Assembly (NCBI GenBank): GCA_963728565.1
Contig: CAVSLC010000028.1
Span: 1-64,000 of the forward strand
Length of the DNA stretch: 64,000 bases
Reading direction: 5' to 3'
Source of the DNA: an uncultured delta proteobacterium
GTDB lineage: Bacteria; Desulfobacterota; Binatia; UBA9968
Made by a program: the position numbers and the translations under genes. A model generated the notes under the pieces. It had not been told where the DNA came from. It did not search any database and worked only from the letters and a program-made list of their open reading frames with translations. Shown here one piece after another: positions 9,161-19,410 of the stretch; position 1 is the stretch's first letter, and the number at the start of each line of letters is the position of its first letter.

Positions 9161-10705
9161 GTGAGCATGAAAAAATCTTGGAGCCGGAGGGAATTCATCC
9201 AAAAGTCGGCCGCCGCCGGGGCAGTCCTCTCCTTCTCACGCTTCCACGCCGTTTCACCCAGTGCCGAAGCCCAGTCCCTGAACAAGAACCGGGTCACCGT
9301 CGCTCACGGGGTCGGCGTTTATTCCATGAACCCGTACGCGGTAACCACCTCACCGATTCAGGGAGTCTGGGGATCCGTGATGGAAACGCTGATTGACTTC
9401 GATTATGACAAGCGTGAATACAGGGGGATCCTGGCTGAATCCTGGACCGTCAAAGGCAACAAGCTGCATTTCACCGTCCGCAAAGGCGTTCGTTTTCACG
9501 ACGGAACTCCATTTAGCAGCAAGGACGTCATCGCTTCCTTAAAGCGAATGATCACCGACAAGCAGAGCCTGGTGGCGCCAAGCTTACAGAACATCAAGGA
9601 AATGGAGTTACCGGATGAGTTCAGTTTTGTCCTGACACTCAAAAAAGCCGACGCCACGGCTCTGGAAGATCTGAACAACCGTGTGATCATGAAGCAGCAG
9701 GTGGCTGAGAAGATGGGAGAGGCAGACAGTCCGCCAATCGGGACCGGCCCATTTAAATTTGTCAGTTGGGAACGTTCCGGCAATTTCGTCATGCGCCGCC
9801 ATGAAAATTACTGGGGACCGCCTGCAAGAATCGAGGAGATTCTTTATAAAGTCATTAAAGAAGATGCGGCCCGCATTGCAGCACTGGAATCCGGTCAAGC
9901 GGATCTGGTCAGCAATATACCGCCTCATGAGGTAGCCCGGCTCAAGTCTAATCCCCGCCTCCAGGTGCAACCGGTGCAGGGCCTGCGTCCTATCTTCCTG
10001 GTATTGAGTCCGGCTTACAAACCGCTGGATAACCCGAAGGTCCGTCGCGCGATCACACAGGCGATCGACCGAGAGGCATTGATCAAACACATCTTGGAGG
10101 GAAACGCTTATCCGTTGAGCGGCCTGCTCAGTCCGCAGGTATTTGGCTACGATCCCGGAGCGAAAGCTTATCCATACGATCCCGAGAAAGCAAAGCAACT
10201 TTTGAAAGAAGCCGGCTTTGGCAGTGGGTTCGAGCTCGAGTACTACAGTCCTACGGGAAGATATCCCAAAGACCTGGAGATCGCGCAAGTGATTGTCGAG
10301 CAGCTTTCTAGAGTCGGCATCAAAGCGATTCTCAAAACACCGGAATGGAGCATCTTCAACACCGATTATAAAAACGGCAAATATCCTATGTACCTGACCG
10401 GCCGCGGCAGTCTCACCGATGCCAATGCGCTATTTCATCAGTATTTCAGGACCGGTGTGACCAAGCGTGTGCTGGGATACAGCAACCAAAAACTCGACGA
10501 GATTCTCGATACGGAGCAACAAACCTTTGATGTGAAGAAGCGAGAAAGGCTGCTCGGGGATGCTCATCGGATCATTTTAGAAGACGCCCCGGCCATCCCG
10601 TTGTGGAATAGCATGGATATCTATGCTCACCGGGCCGATCTGGTTTGGACCCCGCCTCCCGATGAGAAGGTCCAACTAAAGCACGCCTCCTACAAGTCGA
10701 AATAG
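9161..10705 (+). CDS. ABC peptide/nickel-type substrate-binding protein (family 5) with Tat signal
   Basis: SRREFIQ Tat motif; LAESW, R.GVRFHDG.PF, PIGTGPFK, VRRAI..AIDR. Confidence 0.9.
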   Translation: MSMKKSWSRREFIQKSAAAGAVLSFSRFHAVSPSAEAQSLNKNRVTVAHGVGVYSMNPYAVTTSPIQGVWGSVMETLIDFDYDKREYRGILAESWTVKGNKLHFTVRKGVRFHDGTPFSSKDVIASLKRMITDKQSLVAPSLQNIKEMELPDEFSFVLTLKKADATALEDLNNRVIMKQQVAEKMGEADSPPIGTGPFKFVSWERSGNFVMRRHENYWGPPARIEEILYKVIKEDAARIAALESGQADLVSNIPPHEVARLKSNPRLQVQPVQGLRPIFLVLSPAYKPLDNPKVRRAITQAIDREALIKHILEGNAYPLSGLLSPQVFGYDPGAKAYPYDPEKAKQLLKEAGFGSGFELEYYSPTGRYPKDLEIAQVIVEQLSRVGIKAILKTPEWSIFNTDYKNGKYPMYLTGRGSLTDANALFHQYFRTGVTKRVLGYSNQKLDEILDTEQQTFDVKKRERLLGDAHRIILEDAPAIPLWNSMDIYAHRADLVWTPPPDEKVQLKHASYKSK

Positions 10706-10771
10706 ATCGTCTCGCCGAGGATGCACACGTATAGCGCAGTGAAGATGAAAGGATATGAAAAATTCGGTGAG

Positions 10772-10811
10772 AAAAAACCAGGGGGGTGTCCCGGCCCGGC
10801 ACCCCTTGGTT
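10772..10811 (-). terminator. Rho-independent terminator downstream of the RRM gene
   Basis: GC-rich hairpin AACCAGGGGGGTG...CACCCCTTGGTT followed by a U run on the - strand. Confidence 0.65.
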
Positions 10812-10827
10812 CGTGATGATTTACAAC

Positions 10828-11169
10828 TTACCAGCGATTCCGACCGCCGCCGCCACCGCGTCGCTCGCCACCCCCGCCACCACCGCCGCCACCACCACCG
10901 AAGCCACCGCCGGATCGTCTTTCTTGGGGACGCGCTTCGTTGACCGTCAGAGTCCGGCCACCAAGATCGCTGCCGTTAAGCGCTTGGATCGCCTTCTGAG
11001 CTTCCTCTGAGGAACTCATCTCGACAAATCCGAACCCGCGCGAACGGCCGCTGAACTTGTCGGTGATCACGCGAGCCGATTCAACAGCTCCATGGGCGGA
11101 AAAGATTTCCTGCAACTGATCGTCGGTCGTAGAGTATGGCAATCCACCGACATAGATCTTACTACTCAT
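10828..11169 (-). CDS. RRM-domain RNA-binding protein with Gly-rich tail
   Basis: RNP2 IYVGGL, RNP1 RGFGFVEM, L.VNEARP, poly-Gly C-terminus. Confidence 0.95.
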   Translation of the reverse strand: MSSKIYVGGLPYSTTDDQLQEIFSAHGAVESARVITDKFSGRSRGFGFVEMSSSEEAQKAIQALNGSDLGGRTLTVNEARPQERRSGGGFGGGGGGGGGGGERRGGGGGRNRW

Positions 11170-11489
11170 GTTCTCCTCCTCTGGAAAACGTTGTTGCTGT
11201 CTTTGACCCTGAGAACCTGATCAACGCAGGAATCAGAACATGAAAAGAAAAACACGCTCTGGCCGGATTGTCCGCGAGGTAAGAATCGCAAGGAAAGACT
11301 GACCAAGCCTTCAACTCTCTGATATATGTCACTACAGAAGGCTCCATACTGAAGTGTATTTTTAGCCTACTGGGTTTCCAAATCCAAAACAAGAGGAATT
11401 TTTACCGGTTTAGTTGCGCCAAAGATACTTTTTGTATTAAGTGGACGGCTGGACAATTCTCAAAAATATCCGACTTGAAGGAGACCAAT

Positions 11490-12245
11490 ATGTACCGAAC
11501 AGATCAATATGAAGGCATGATCGCCGAGACCATGACGATGCCGGGGCACAAAGGTGAAGCGATCAACGCTTACGTCGCCCGCCCCTTAGGCGCGGGTCCT
11601 TTTCCAGGCATGGTGCTGATCCATCACGCGCCTGGATGGGATGAGTGGTATCGCGAATGCACTCGCAAGTTTGCTCATCATGGCTACGTCTCGATCTCAC
11701 CGAATCTCTATTTCCGCGAAGGCCATGGCAGCCCGGAAGATGTTGGCGCAAAAGTACGCGCGGCCGGCGGAGTGCCCGACGAGCAGGTCCTGGGAGATTT
11801 AGATGGCGCGAAAAATCTGCTTCGTTCGCTTCCTTACGTAAGCAAGGTAGGCGTTTTTGGCACCTGCTCGGGCGGCCGACATGGCTTTCTCGCCGCGTGC
11901 AAGCTCAAAGGTTTCGATGCGCTGGTGGAATGCTGGGGTGGGGGCGTGGTCATGAAACAGGAAGAACTCACCCCTAAACGTCCGGTAGCGCCCATCGATT
12001 TTACCAAGGATCTTTCCTGCAATATGATCGGCATCTTCGGCAACGACGACAAATCACCATCTCCTGAACAGGTCAACCAACACGAGGCAGAACTGAAGAA
12101 GCATGGCAAGAACTACGAGTTCCACCGCTACGATGGCGCCGGGCATGGCTTTTTCTATTACGACCGTCCGGCCTATCGCCAGGAGCAAGCAGTTGATGGT
12201 TGGAAAAAAGTTCTCGCATTTCTTGAGAAAAATCTAAAGGGCTGA
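11490..12245 (+). CDS. Dienelactone hydrolase family protein
   Basis: GTCSGG nucleophile elbow, G.DD, YDGAGHGF. SD AAGGAG precedes ATG 11490. Confidence 0.9.
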   Translation: MYRTDQYEGMIAETMTMPGHKGEAINAYVARPLGAGPFPGMVLIHHAPGWDEWYRECTRKFAHHGYVSISPNLYFREGHGSPEDVGAKVRAAGGVPDEQVLGDLDGAKNLLRSLPYVSKVGVFGTCSGGRHGFLAACKLKGFDALVECWGGGVVMKQEELTPKRPVAPIDFTKDLSCNMIGIFGNDDKSPSPEQVNQHEAELKKHGKNYEFHRYDGAGHGFFYYDRPAYRQEQAVDGWKKVLAFLEKNLKG

Positions 12246-12340
12246 TTGAAGATCGATAAAGCTCCACGCCCATCCTCAGATCTACTAGTCAGCATCATAG
12301 CAGCAGCCAATGCGGCGAAGTGAATTGAAAGGAATGGAAA

Positions 12341-12634
12341 ATGTGCACGATGATTGTTCATCAGGCGAAGATCGAAGGCCGCGGTAAGAACGGCGGTGAT
12401 TGGTTCGAGATCAGCGAGGCCAACATTTCCTACGATCATCCCTACGACATGCCGCTGGAACACGCGCTCAACATCGATTTCGTGAATCAGGCCAAGGGCC
12501 CGGCGGCGCGTGTGGCGGTGGAGTTGACCATCGAGGGAGCGCGCAATTTGGTCAAAACCATCGAAGCGGTGCTGGCGCAAGCAGAAGAGCGCGGCGTGTT
12601 GGAAGACATACGGGTAGCGGCATCTTCCAGATAG
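12341..12634 (+). CDS. Conserved hypothetical protein (DUF6295-like)
   Basis: MCT...G.GK...WF...YDHP...P.EHALNIDF.N...GP.ARVAVEL pattern, recalled from this family. Confidence 0.6.
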   Translation: MCTMIVHQAKIEGRGKNGGDWFEISEANISYDHPYDMPLEHALNIDFVNQAKGPAARVAVELTIEGARNLVKTIEAVLAQAEERGVLEDIRVAASSR

Positions 12635-12663
12635 GCAAACCGGCGAACAGCGCGGCGCTTTTG

Positions 12664-12980
12664 TAGCAGGTTGATGAAAAACCCGGACGCAGGCTGCTCA
12701 AAAAGATCTCGAGCCGAGGAGCGCGAGGTTCGATGAGCTGAGCCTCATATCGGGCCTCACCAGGACAACTTCCATGGAACCTTTGACTCCGTTCTTTTGC
12801 TGGGGACAGTACTCAGCTGGATCCTCTAACGGGATCGCGTGCGTAAGGTTCTCTAACCGGCAAGCTTTTTGGACGACGACGATGCAATATCCATCATCGA
12901 GTGTGACTACAGTGATATGAGGCGTGGGTCGGCAGTACATAAGAGCGAAACGAAAGCTATGAGTCTTTTTCAGCAGCCTA
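12664..12980 (+). mobile_element. MITE-like repeat copy A, with a nested 182-bp insert
   Basis: TAGCAGGTTGATGAAAAA..GCAGGCTGCTCAAAAAGA ... TCTTTTTCAGCAGCCTA; homologous to copies at 34754, 36435, 39607 and 42310. Confidence 0.75.
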
Positions 12981-13049
12981 CAGAGCGTCCTATCCGCCCC
13001 ATCAACACCAGCAAACCACCTCATTTTATCCTCTGCGCCGTTCATCCGG

Positions 13050-14312
13050 TTGCTGAACCGATTGGCTGATTCACCCGAAATAGAGTTGCCATCTCCGCCG
13101 AGCAACATTCGCCCCTGGTCGTCCCTGCTGATTCGGGATTACCGCTTGGTATGGTCGGCCAGCGTCTTAAATGCCGTCGCGGTTCAGGTACGGAATGTCG
13201 CCGGTCTCTATCAGGTGTACGAAATTTCCGGCTCTCCCTTTCAATTGGGGCTCACTGGTTTTTTCCAAGCTTTTCCTTTCGTCATTTTCGGCCTATTTGC
13301 CGGCGCGGTTGCCGACGCTTTCGACCGTAAGAAGCTCCTCATCGCAACAGTTTTGATCCAATTCATTCCCAGCCTGCTGCTAGGGATTCTTACCGTCACC
13401 GGCAACGTGCAGGCTTGGCATGTCTACACGCTAGGATTTCTCGGCGCGCTGGTGGAGGTTTTTAATTGGCCGGCGCGCTCGGCGTTGATCCCCCGATTGG
13501 TGCCGCGCCCATGGCTAATGAATGCAGTGACCCTCAACACGATTATCATCCAAATGAGCTTTTTACTCGGACCGGCAATCGGCGGGGTCTTGATCGATCA
13601 GGTCGGCTTATCAACGACCTATTTCATCGCCGCCGCCGTGCTGATTCCAGCGGCCACGGCGATTGGCGCAATGCGCACTTCGGGGGTGCCCGAAGGGGTG
13701 CGCCGCAGGGTCAACCTGCGGAGTATTTTCGAGGGCATCGAGTTCATCTGGGTGCAGCGCATTATACTGTCGCTTTTTCTTCTCGACTTTGGCGTCACCC
13801 TGGTGGGTTTTTACCGGCCGATTCTGCCGATCTTTGCCGCCGATGTTTTTCACACCGGCGCCTCGGGGTTAGGGCTGCTCTACGGCGCTCCATCGCTGGG
13901 CGCAATCGTCGGCTCTTTGGCCTTGCTCATGCTCGGCGATATTAGACGCAAAGGCGTTTTGGTAGTCACCGCGGCGCTGGTCTTTGCCGGCAGCCTGGCG
14001 CTGTTGGGAGTCGCCGATTGGTTTTGGATGGCGGTCGGCGCCACTTTGATTTTAGGATTCACCGACTCGGTCAGCGTGGCGATCCGCCGCACCGTGGTTC
14101 AACTTCAGGCTCCCGATGGAATGCTCGGACGGGCCTCGAGTCTGATCTCGATCTTCGCGCAGGCGACCAACGGGCTGGGAGCAATTCTAGCGGGCGTTGC
14201 GGCCCATTATGTCGGAGCACCGAACGCGCTGCTCCTGGGCAGCCTTCTCTGTTTTATTATGATATCGGCGATTTGCATCGCCATCCCTCAATTGTGGCGA
14301 TATCAATCGTAA
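13050..14312 (+). CDS. MFS transporter (EntS/DHA3-like)
   Basis: GAVADAFDRKK motif A, LGPAIGG, GRASS; about 12 hydrophobic segments. Start uncertain. Confidence 0.85.
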   Translation: MLNRLADSPEIELPSPPSNIRPWSSLLIRDYRLVWSASVLNAVAVQVRNVAGLYQVYEISGSPFQLGLTGFFQAFPFVIFGLFAGAVADAFDRKKLLIATVLIQFIPSLLLGILTVTGNVQAWHVYTLGFLGALVEVFNWPARSALIPRLVPRPWLMNAVTLNTIIIQMSFLLGPAIGGVLIDQVGLSTTYFIAAAVLIPAATAIGAMRTSGVPEGVRRRVNLRSIFEGIEFIWVQRIILSLFLLDFGVTLVGFYRPILPIFAADVFHTGASGLGLLYGAPSLGAIVGSLALLMLGDIRRKGVLVVTAALVFAGSLALLGVADWFWMAVGATLILGFTDSVSVAIRRTVVQLQAPDGMLGRASSLISIFAQATNGLGAILAGVAAHYVGAPNALLLGSLLCFIMISAICIAIPQLWRYQS

Positions 14313-14418
14313 GCGTCCGATAGCTGCGAGCTTGCCGACAGCTATGAGACCCTCCATTGCCAGGCTCTGGAGGGCTCGCCGGTTTGATCGCGCTATACTT
14401 AGAAGTGTGAGGCCCGGG

Positions 14419-15414
14419 TTAGTAGAGGGTGCGGAAAAATCCGCTCTCCTCGAATCGTTTGCAGTAGCTCAAATCGGCGATTTCTTCCGGCTTAATCTGC
14501 GATGCCTTGGCATTGAGCCCGTGCTGCGCCATGAGCTTGAGCATTGCGCTGATTCCCTCCACAGACGGGCAGGGTGGACGCGGAAGATTTGCCAGCAATC
14601 CTTGATAAGCTTTTTCGACCCGGTCGGGTTTATCGAGGCGCAAGTTTCGGCCCAGGCTCCTCAAGACAATCTCCTTATTGGCGGGCTTATGAAGAAAAGC
14701 CGCGCCTTCGACCGTGGCCTTGGCGATGTTTTCGACTAACTGCGGATTGGTTTTGATCAAGCTGCGCGGCACGACCAGCCCGGACGATTGAAACGGAACA
14801 CCCTCTTTTCCGAGATCGACCAAAATCCGATAGCCTTCGCTGACCACCACTTGACCGATTTCCGGAGACAAGCTGGTCGCTTCCACACTACCCGACCGGA
14901 GCGCGCCCATTCGTTCGGGCACGCCGCCGATGCCCAACAACGTGATTTGGTCGCGCCGCGGCACGAGCCCAAGATGGTCGAGTGACACGTAGGTCGCCAA
15001 AGACGCCGAGCCTGCCGGCGTGCCGATCGCCACTTTCTTGCCCTTTAAATCCTCGGCGCCTTTGATCGTCGGCTTGGCTACGAAAATGTAATCGAGTTTA
15101 TTCTCCAGCCCGAGGATCATCGTGAAGTCCCCGCCGCCGGTGTTGGCGTTGGTCACATGGGTGCCGCCAACCAGGCCCACCGGCACCTGTCCCGCCAGCA
15201 TCGCCTGCATCGCTCGCCCGGCGATGATAAATACCAGGTCCGCCTCTATGCCGTACTTGCGAAAAATGCCCTGCTCCTTGGCAATCCACAACGGCGCAAC
15301 GTTGTTGCTGATCGCGCCGTGCGCGATCAGGAGCTTCGAAGGTTCGGCGCCAACGCTCGGAGAGGCAAGCATCACGAGAACGTAAAATAGAAAAATGATC
15401 GACGAACTTGTCAT
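14419..15414 (-). CDS. ABC substrate-binding protein (NMT1/SsuA-like)
   Basis: Signal peptide; PLWIAKEQGIF.KYG, DLKGKKVAIG, F....EESGF...LY end. Confidence 0.85.
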   Translation of the reverse strand: MTSSSIIFLFYVLVMLASPSVGAEPSKLLIAHGAISNNVAPLWIAKEQGIFRKYGIEADLVFIIAGRAMQAMLAGQVPVGLVGGTHVTNANTGGGDFTMILGLENKLDYIFVAKPTIKGAEDLKGKKVAIGTPAGSASLATYVSLDHLGLVPRRDQITLLGIGGVPERMGALRSGSVEATSLSPEIGQVVVSEGYRILVDLGKEGVPFQSSGLVVPRSLIKTNPQLVENIAKATVEGAAFLHKPANKEIVLRSLGRNLRLDKPDRVEKAYQGLLANLPRPPCPSVEGISAMLKLMAQHGLNAKASQIKPEEIADLSYCKRFEESGFFRTLY

Positions 15415-15489
15415 CTTGATCCACCGATCTCGCGCACTCGATAGATTCCGGCTCAAAGTAAGGATAGCCAAAATAAACCTCGCTGGTGT

Positions 15490-15855
15490 TTACGCTTTCC
15501 AGCCGTGCACGGAGACATCCACGGGAGTCCCCACCGGGTCCTGCACGCCCATTTCGGCGAATCTACCATCCCGCGGTTTTTTGTACGAATCGCTTTTCGC
15601 GCCCGTGGACGCCGCCGTTTTTAGCGTGCCTTCGAGATCCTCGACCTGGAAACCGAAGTGATCGATTCCCTCACGTCCGCCGCGCGCCGGCAAGATCGCC
15701 ATGTTGATATAACCGTCGGTCAGATAGATCGCGCGGTGGCCGTCCTCCCGCACCGGACCACGCCAGGCTTCGCTCATGCCGAAAGTTTCTTTATAAAACG
15801 TTGCAGTCCGTTCTTGATCTTCCGCTTTGATGGCGAGATGTCTGATTTTAGCCAT
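15490..15855 (-). CDS. VOC/glyoxalase family protein
   Basis: IRHLAI, YLTDGYINMA, GIDHFGFQVED, E....DP.G..VD. Confidence 0.85.
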   Translation of the reverse strand: MAKIRHLAIKAEDQERTATFYKETFGMSEAWRGPVREDGHRAIYLTDGYINMAILPARGGREGIDHFGFQVEDLEGTLKTAASTGAKSDSYKKPRDGRFAEMGVQDPVGTPVDVSVHGWKA

Positions 15856-15870
15856 AAGTCTGTCCCCCGT

Positions 15871-16857
15871 TTATTTGTTTAACCTTTCTACAAATCCGCT
15901 TTTTTTAATCTCGTCCAAGAAACTCTTGTTCACATACGACGCCAGCGACTGCGAGCGCGGCACGTTGATCAGATCGAGCTCCGCGCGCAATCCGTTATCA
16001 TCCGGGTAAGGCAGCGACACCAGTCCTTCGCGGTAATCATCGTACCAGAGCGCGATATGCTCTTCGCTCAAGCCTGCCATATATTTCTGCAGGATTTTTA
16101 TCGTCCCGGCTCGATTGGTTTTGAAATAGTGAATTGCCTCGACATAAGCTTGCACGAACCTGAGCACTGAACCTCGATCCGCTTTGATCTTGCGCTCGGT
16201 AGTTCCGAGCGGGGCGTCCAGCGCATGAAAGCCAAACTCCTTCGAACTCGCGCCTTTGAGAAATCGCGCCTTTCCGCGGAAGACCAGAAGCGCGCCCGAC
16301 TCCCCAAGAACGCCGACCTCGATCCTGCCCGCTTCCAGCGCCTGCGACACTCCCGGCGTCCCGCCCATCTGCAGGATCGTGACTTCGGATTCTTTAATTC
16401 CGGATTTTTTGAGCGCGCCGCGAATAAAGGAATCGCCCGCCGAACCATACTGCGTGACACCGATGGTCTTCCCTCGTATGTCGTTAAACGTCTGCACGGT
16501 TGAATCGGGTTTGAGCAGAACCCTTTGCGAAGAATATCCCGACAGAGATGAAAGGATCACGACATCGGCGCCTTGGGTGCGGGCTCGCACATATGCCGGC
16601 GCGCCGGCAACGGCATAGTCGAGATCTCCGGCGATTAGAGCCTGGACCGTTCGAGGACTGCCGGGAATCAGCACGACCTCGGCGCTAAAGCCGTGCTTGG
16701 CAAGCAAACCCGAGTCTTTGGCGATCCAGAACATACCTTGCCCGGGATGGATCGCCACGTGCGCCAAAGTCAGTTTCTGTGCCAGGGCGGTTTGAGAAAA
16801 TCCGACGAGAAAAAGCACGCTAATCGAAAGAAACAATGTTTTCACCAAAGTCTTCAT
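15871..16857 (-). CDS. ABC substrate-binding protein (NMT1/SsuA-like)
   Basis: Signal peptide; WIAKDSG...KHG, D.RGKTIGV...GS. Confidence 0.85.
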   Translation of the reverse strand: MKTLVKTLFLSISVLFLVGFSQTALAQKLTLAHVAIHPGQGMFWIAKDSGLLAKHGFSAEVVLIPGSPRTVQALIAGDLDYAVAGAPAYVRARTQGADVVILSSLSGYSSQRVLLKPDSTVQTFNDIRGKTIGVTQYGSAGDSFIRGALKKSGIKESEVTILQMGGTPGVSQALEAGRIEVGVLGESGALLVFRGKARFLKGASSKEFGFHALDAPLGTTERKIKADRGSVLRFVQAYVEAIHYFKTNRAGTIKILQKYMAGLSEEHIALWYDDYREGLVSLPYPDDNGLRAELDLINVPRSQSLASYVNKSFLDEIKKSGFVERLNK

Positions 16858-17028
16858 AGCAGTTTCGGTGTCCCGGTTTACTGCGCTATTTATTCCATGT
16901 CAACGCCTGTATCGCCGTCAGATCACCACTTATGCTTCCTTCGGTAACGCTGCGATCTCTGTTTTCAGATATCCGAAAGGTGCGCGATAAGATCCCCGTC
17001 GGCAGATCGTTCGGATCAAACTGATGCG

Positions 17029-17880
17029 CTAGTTTCCCACATACCGCGCTAACGCATCGCGCCAGTGGCGCATCGGCGCCAGGCCAAGCTCTTCCGAAAG
17101 CAGGCAGCGCATCGGCGTGTAACGAGGACGCGGTGCGATCCTTTGCATGTCGCGCTCATGGACAACTTCTATAAGCGACTCGAGCTGCTGTTTTTCGAGC
17201 CCCGCCAAGCGTCCCGCTTCGAGAGCGAAGTCGTAGTAGGAACAAACGCCCTCGTTGACGATCTGGTAGGTGCCGTAATGGCGAAGCTTGAGAATCTCCG
17301 AACAACGATCGATGAGATCTTCAACATAGGTGGTGCTCGACCAGACATCGTCGATGGCGCGAACGCGCCTGCCGGAGCCGAGATCGTTGTGCACAGTGCA
17401 GAGAAAGCTGTCCTTGCCGCTACCGTAAACCCAAGAAGTGCGGATGACATAACTTTGCGCGCAAGCAGCGCGCACGGCTTCTTCACCGGCAACCTTGGTC
17501 TTGCCGTAGATGTTTACTGGTCGAGGCTGGTCTTTGATCGTGTATGGCGCCCGTCCGATGAGTTCGCCGTCAAAGGCATACTGGGTGCTGAATTGAATGA
17601 TCTCCGCGCCACACCGAGCCGCCGCCTCGGCCAGAAGCCCGGCTCCTTCCACGTTCACGGCCGTAGCTTTGGCGGCATCCCGCTCGGCTTCGTCGACCTG
17701 AACCACCGCGCAATTGACAATCAGAGATGGCCGTTCTGCGGCAACACGACTTCGGACCGCCGCCGGATCGGTGATATCGAGGTCCTTTCGTTTCAACGCC
17801 AGCACATCATGATCGGTTGCAAATCGCTGCGCGAGATGGCTGCCGATTAGGCCGGCTGCGCCGGTGACGAGTACCTTCAC
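17029..17880 (-). CDS. rfbD: dTDP-4-dehydrorhamnose reductase family SDR
   Basis: GTG start at VKVLVTGAAGLIG; LDITD, YGKTK, RTSWVYG, A.RP.Y. Confidence 0.8.
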   Translation of the reverse strand: MKVLVTGAAGLIGSHLAQRFATDHDVLALKRKDLDITDPAAVRSRVAAERPSLIVNCAVVQVDEAERDAAKATAVNVEGAGLLAEAAARCGAEIIQFSTQYAFDGELIGRAPYTIKDQPRPVNIYGKTKVAGEEAVRAACAQSYVIRTSWVYGSGKDSFLCTVHNDLGSGRRVRAIDDVWSSTTYVEDLIDRCSEILKLRHYGTYQIVNEGVCSYYDFALEAGRLAGLEKQQLESLIEVVHERDMQRIAPRPRYTPMRCLLSEELGLAPMRHWRDALARYVGN

Positions 17881-17936
17881 GAAATCGAATGTAGAACGAT
17901 GGCGCAGGGCCATCAAGAGTGCGGGGAACCGAAGCT

Positions 17937-17963
17937 CTAGCAGGCTTCTTAGCACCCTGCTAG
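17937..17963. repeat. Collapsed MITE remnant (both termini only)
   Basis: CTAGCAGGCTTCTTAGCACCCTGCTAG matches the two ends of copy E. Confidence 0.5.
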
Positions 17964-18164
17964 AGGAAAACGCGCAGCAATGCGCGACGGGAGGCCAGCA
18001 GATTTACGGAGTGGGAGCTGCGAGAAAAAGCCACATCAAGATCAAACCCAAAGCGGCACCGAGCATCATGTAGAGACCTACAATCAAGTTGAGCAGAAGA
18101 TAGTCCCATTGTTGCGCGAAGGTCTTCCACATAACGCCGGTGCCCGCTCCCCTGATGTTCGAGC

Positions 18165-18533
18165 CTAGTAGTACTCGTTGCCGCGCCGGCGAATTTGTTC
18201 GAGCTGCTCGCGCTGGCGGTTAATTTCCTGCTGATTGCGGTAGATCTGCTGATCCTGTTCGTAGGCCTGATTTTCGCGGCCCTGCAACTGATCGCCGATA
18301 ACCGCTCCGGCGCCCAGACCAAGTGCCGCTCCGATAGCTGCGCCCGCGCCTGGATGACGCACCGCGGAACCGATGAGGCCGCCGGCGGCTGCGCCGCCCA
18401 AAGCGCCAATGCCGGCGCCTTTCTCACGAGTCGTGAGCCCCCCACCCGCGCACCCGGCTAACAAAGTTCCGCTTACGATGGCTACAGCGGCGATGCCGTT
18501 TAGTTTTTTTATCGCTTTTGTATGTATGCTCAT
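18165..18533 (-). CDS. Glycine-zipper lipoprotein
   Basis: Lipobox LLAGC; GAGIGALGGAAAG and GAAIGAALG repeats; Q/R-rich coiled-coil tail. Confidence 0.8.
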   Translation of the reverse strand: MSIHTKAIKKLNGIAAVAIVSGTLLAGCAGGGLTTREKGAGIGALGGAAAGGLIGSAVRHPGAGAAIGAALGLGAGAVIGDQLQGRENQAYEQDQQIYRNQQEINRQREQLEQIRRRGNEYY

Positions 18534-18675
18534 GGCCTACTCTCTCCTTTTGCCATTTAGACGAATGAAGCAGAGCTTCGTTTACATTGATCGGCTGCAC
18601 CCTGAAACATCCGTAACCCTTGTTAATGGTTGGCTTTTGGCGCAGACTGTGCTGAGAAAAGCCTCTTGCAGGCTG

Positions 18676-19377
18676 CTAGCGAATTTTCTTGAGCGCCGAG
18701 ATTCTGTCATTCAATGCGGGGTGGGTCGAGAGAAAACCGCCAGCTTGCTGATCGCCCGAGGAACGCTGGATCCAGCCGAGGGTGTCGATCATAACCTCCG
18801 GCGGATAACCGATGCGGCGCAGCAGCACAATGGCGTGTCGGTCGGCGGCATATTCCTCTGTCCGGCTGTGACCCCGGGTGATCAGTGTTCCAGCTAATGG
18901 CGCAATCGCGCCTGAGCCTGGAAGGATCTGTTCGAGGAGAGCTGCGCCAATACTCAAACCGGCGCCGAGCATTTGCGCTTTAACGGCGTGCCCCAAATCT
19001 TGATGCGCAATCTCATGCGCCATCACTCCCAACAAATGATCATCGTTGGCGCGTTGCAGCAAGCCGCTCGTCACGAAGAATTGGCAACCGCCGGCATTGG
19101 CAGCATTGATTGTCGGCTCGTTCATGATCTGCACGCGCAGTTCGTCAGGTTGGCACGGCCGGTCCATGGCTCCTAACAGCGGAAGTATCGTCCGCCGAAG
19201 ACGATCTTCGATCCGCGCATCGCCTCCCCGGCTCGACTCCGAATATGCCATGGCCGAACCGGCGCGATGCCGCGGCTCGGGCGAGTACCTGAACCCGGAA
19301 AACACCGCGCTCAGGAGTCCAAGGGAAAGCGCAAATAGAGCAAATCCGCGTCTGGAAGTTTTTTTTGACGTTTTCAC
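18676..19377 (-). CDS. M48 family zinc metallopeptidase
   Basis: NAA..GG, HEIAH, EEY.AD, FLSTHP...RI. Confidence 0.85.
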   Translation of the reverse strand: MKTSKKTSRRGFALFALSLGLLSAVFSGFRYSPEPRHRAGSAMAYSESSRGGDARIEDRLRRTILPLLGAMDRPCQPDELRVQIMNEPTINAANAGGCQFFVTSGLLQRANDDHLLGVMAHEIAHQDLGHAVKAQMLGAGLSIGAALLEQILPGSGAIAPLAGTLITRGHSRTEEYAADRHAIVLLRRIGYPPEVMIDTLGWIQRSSGDQQAGGFLSTHPALNDRISALKKIR

Positions 19378-19410
19378 TTGATCGTCTCACGTCGCCGCCA
19401 CCCGGCAAGG

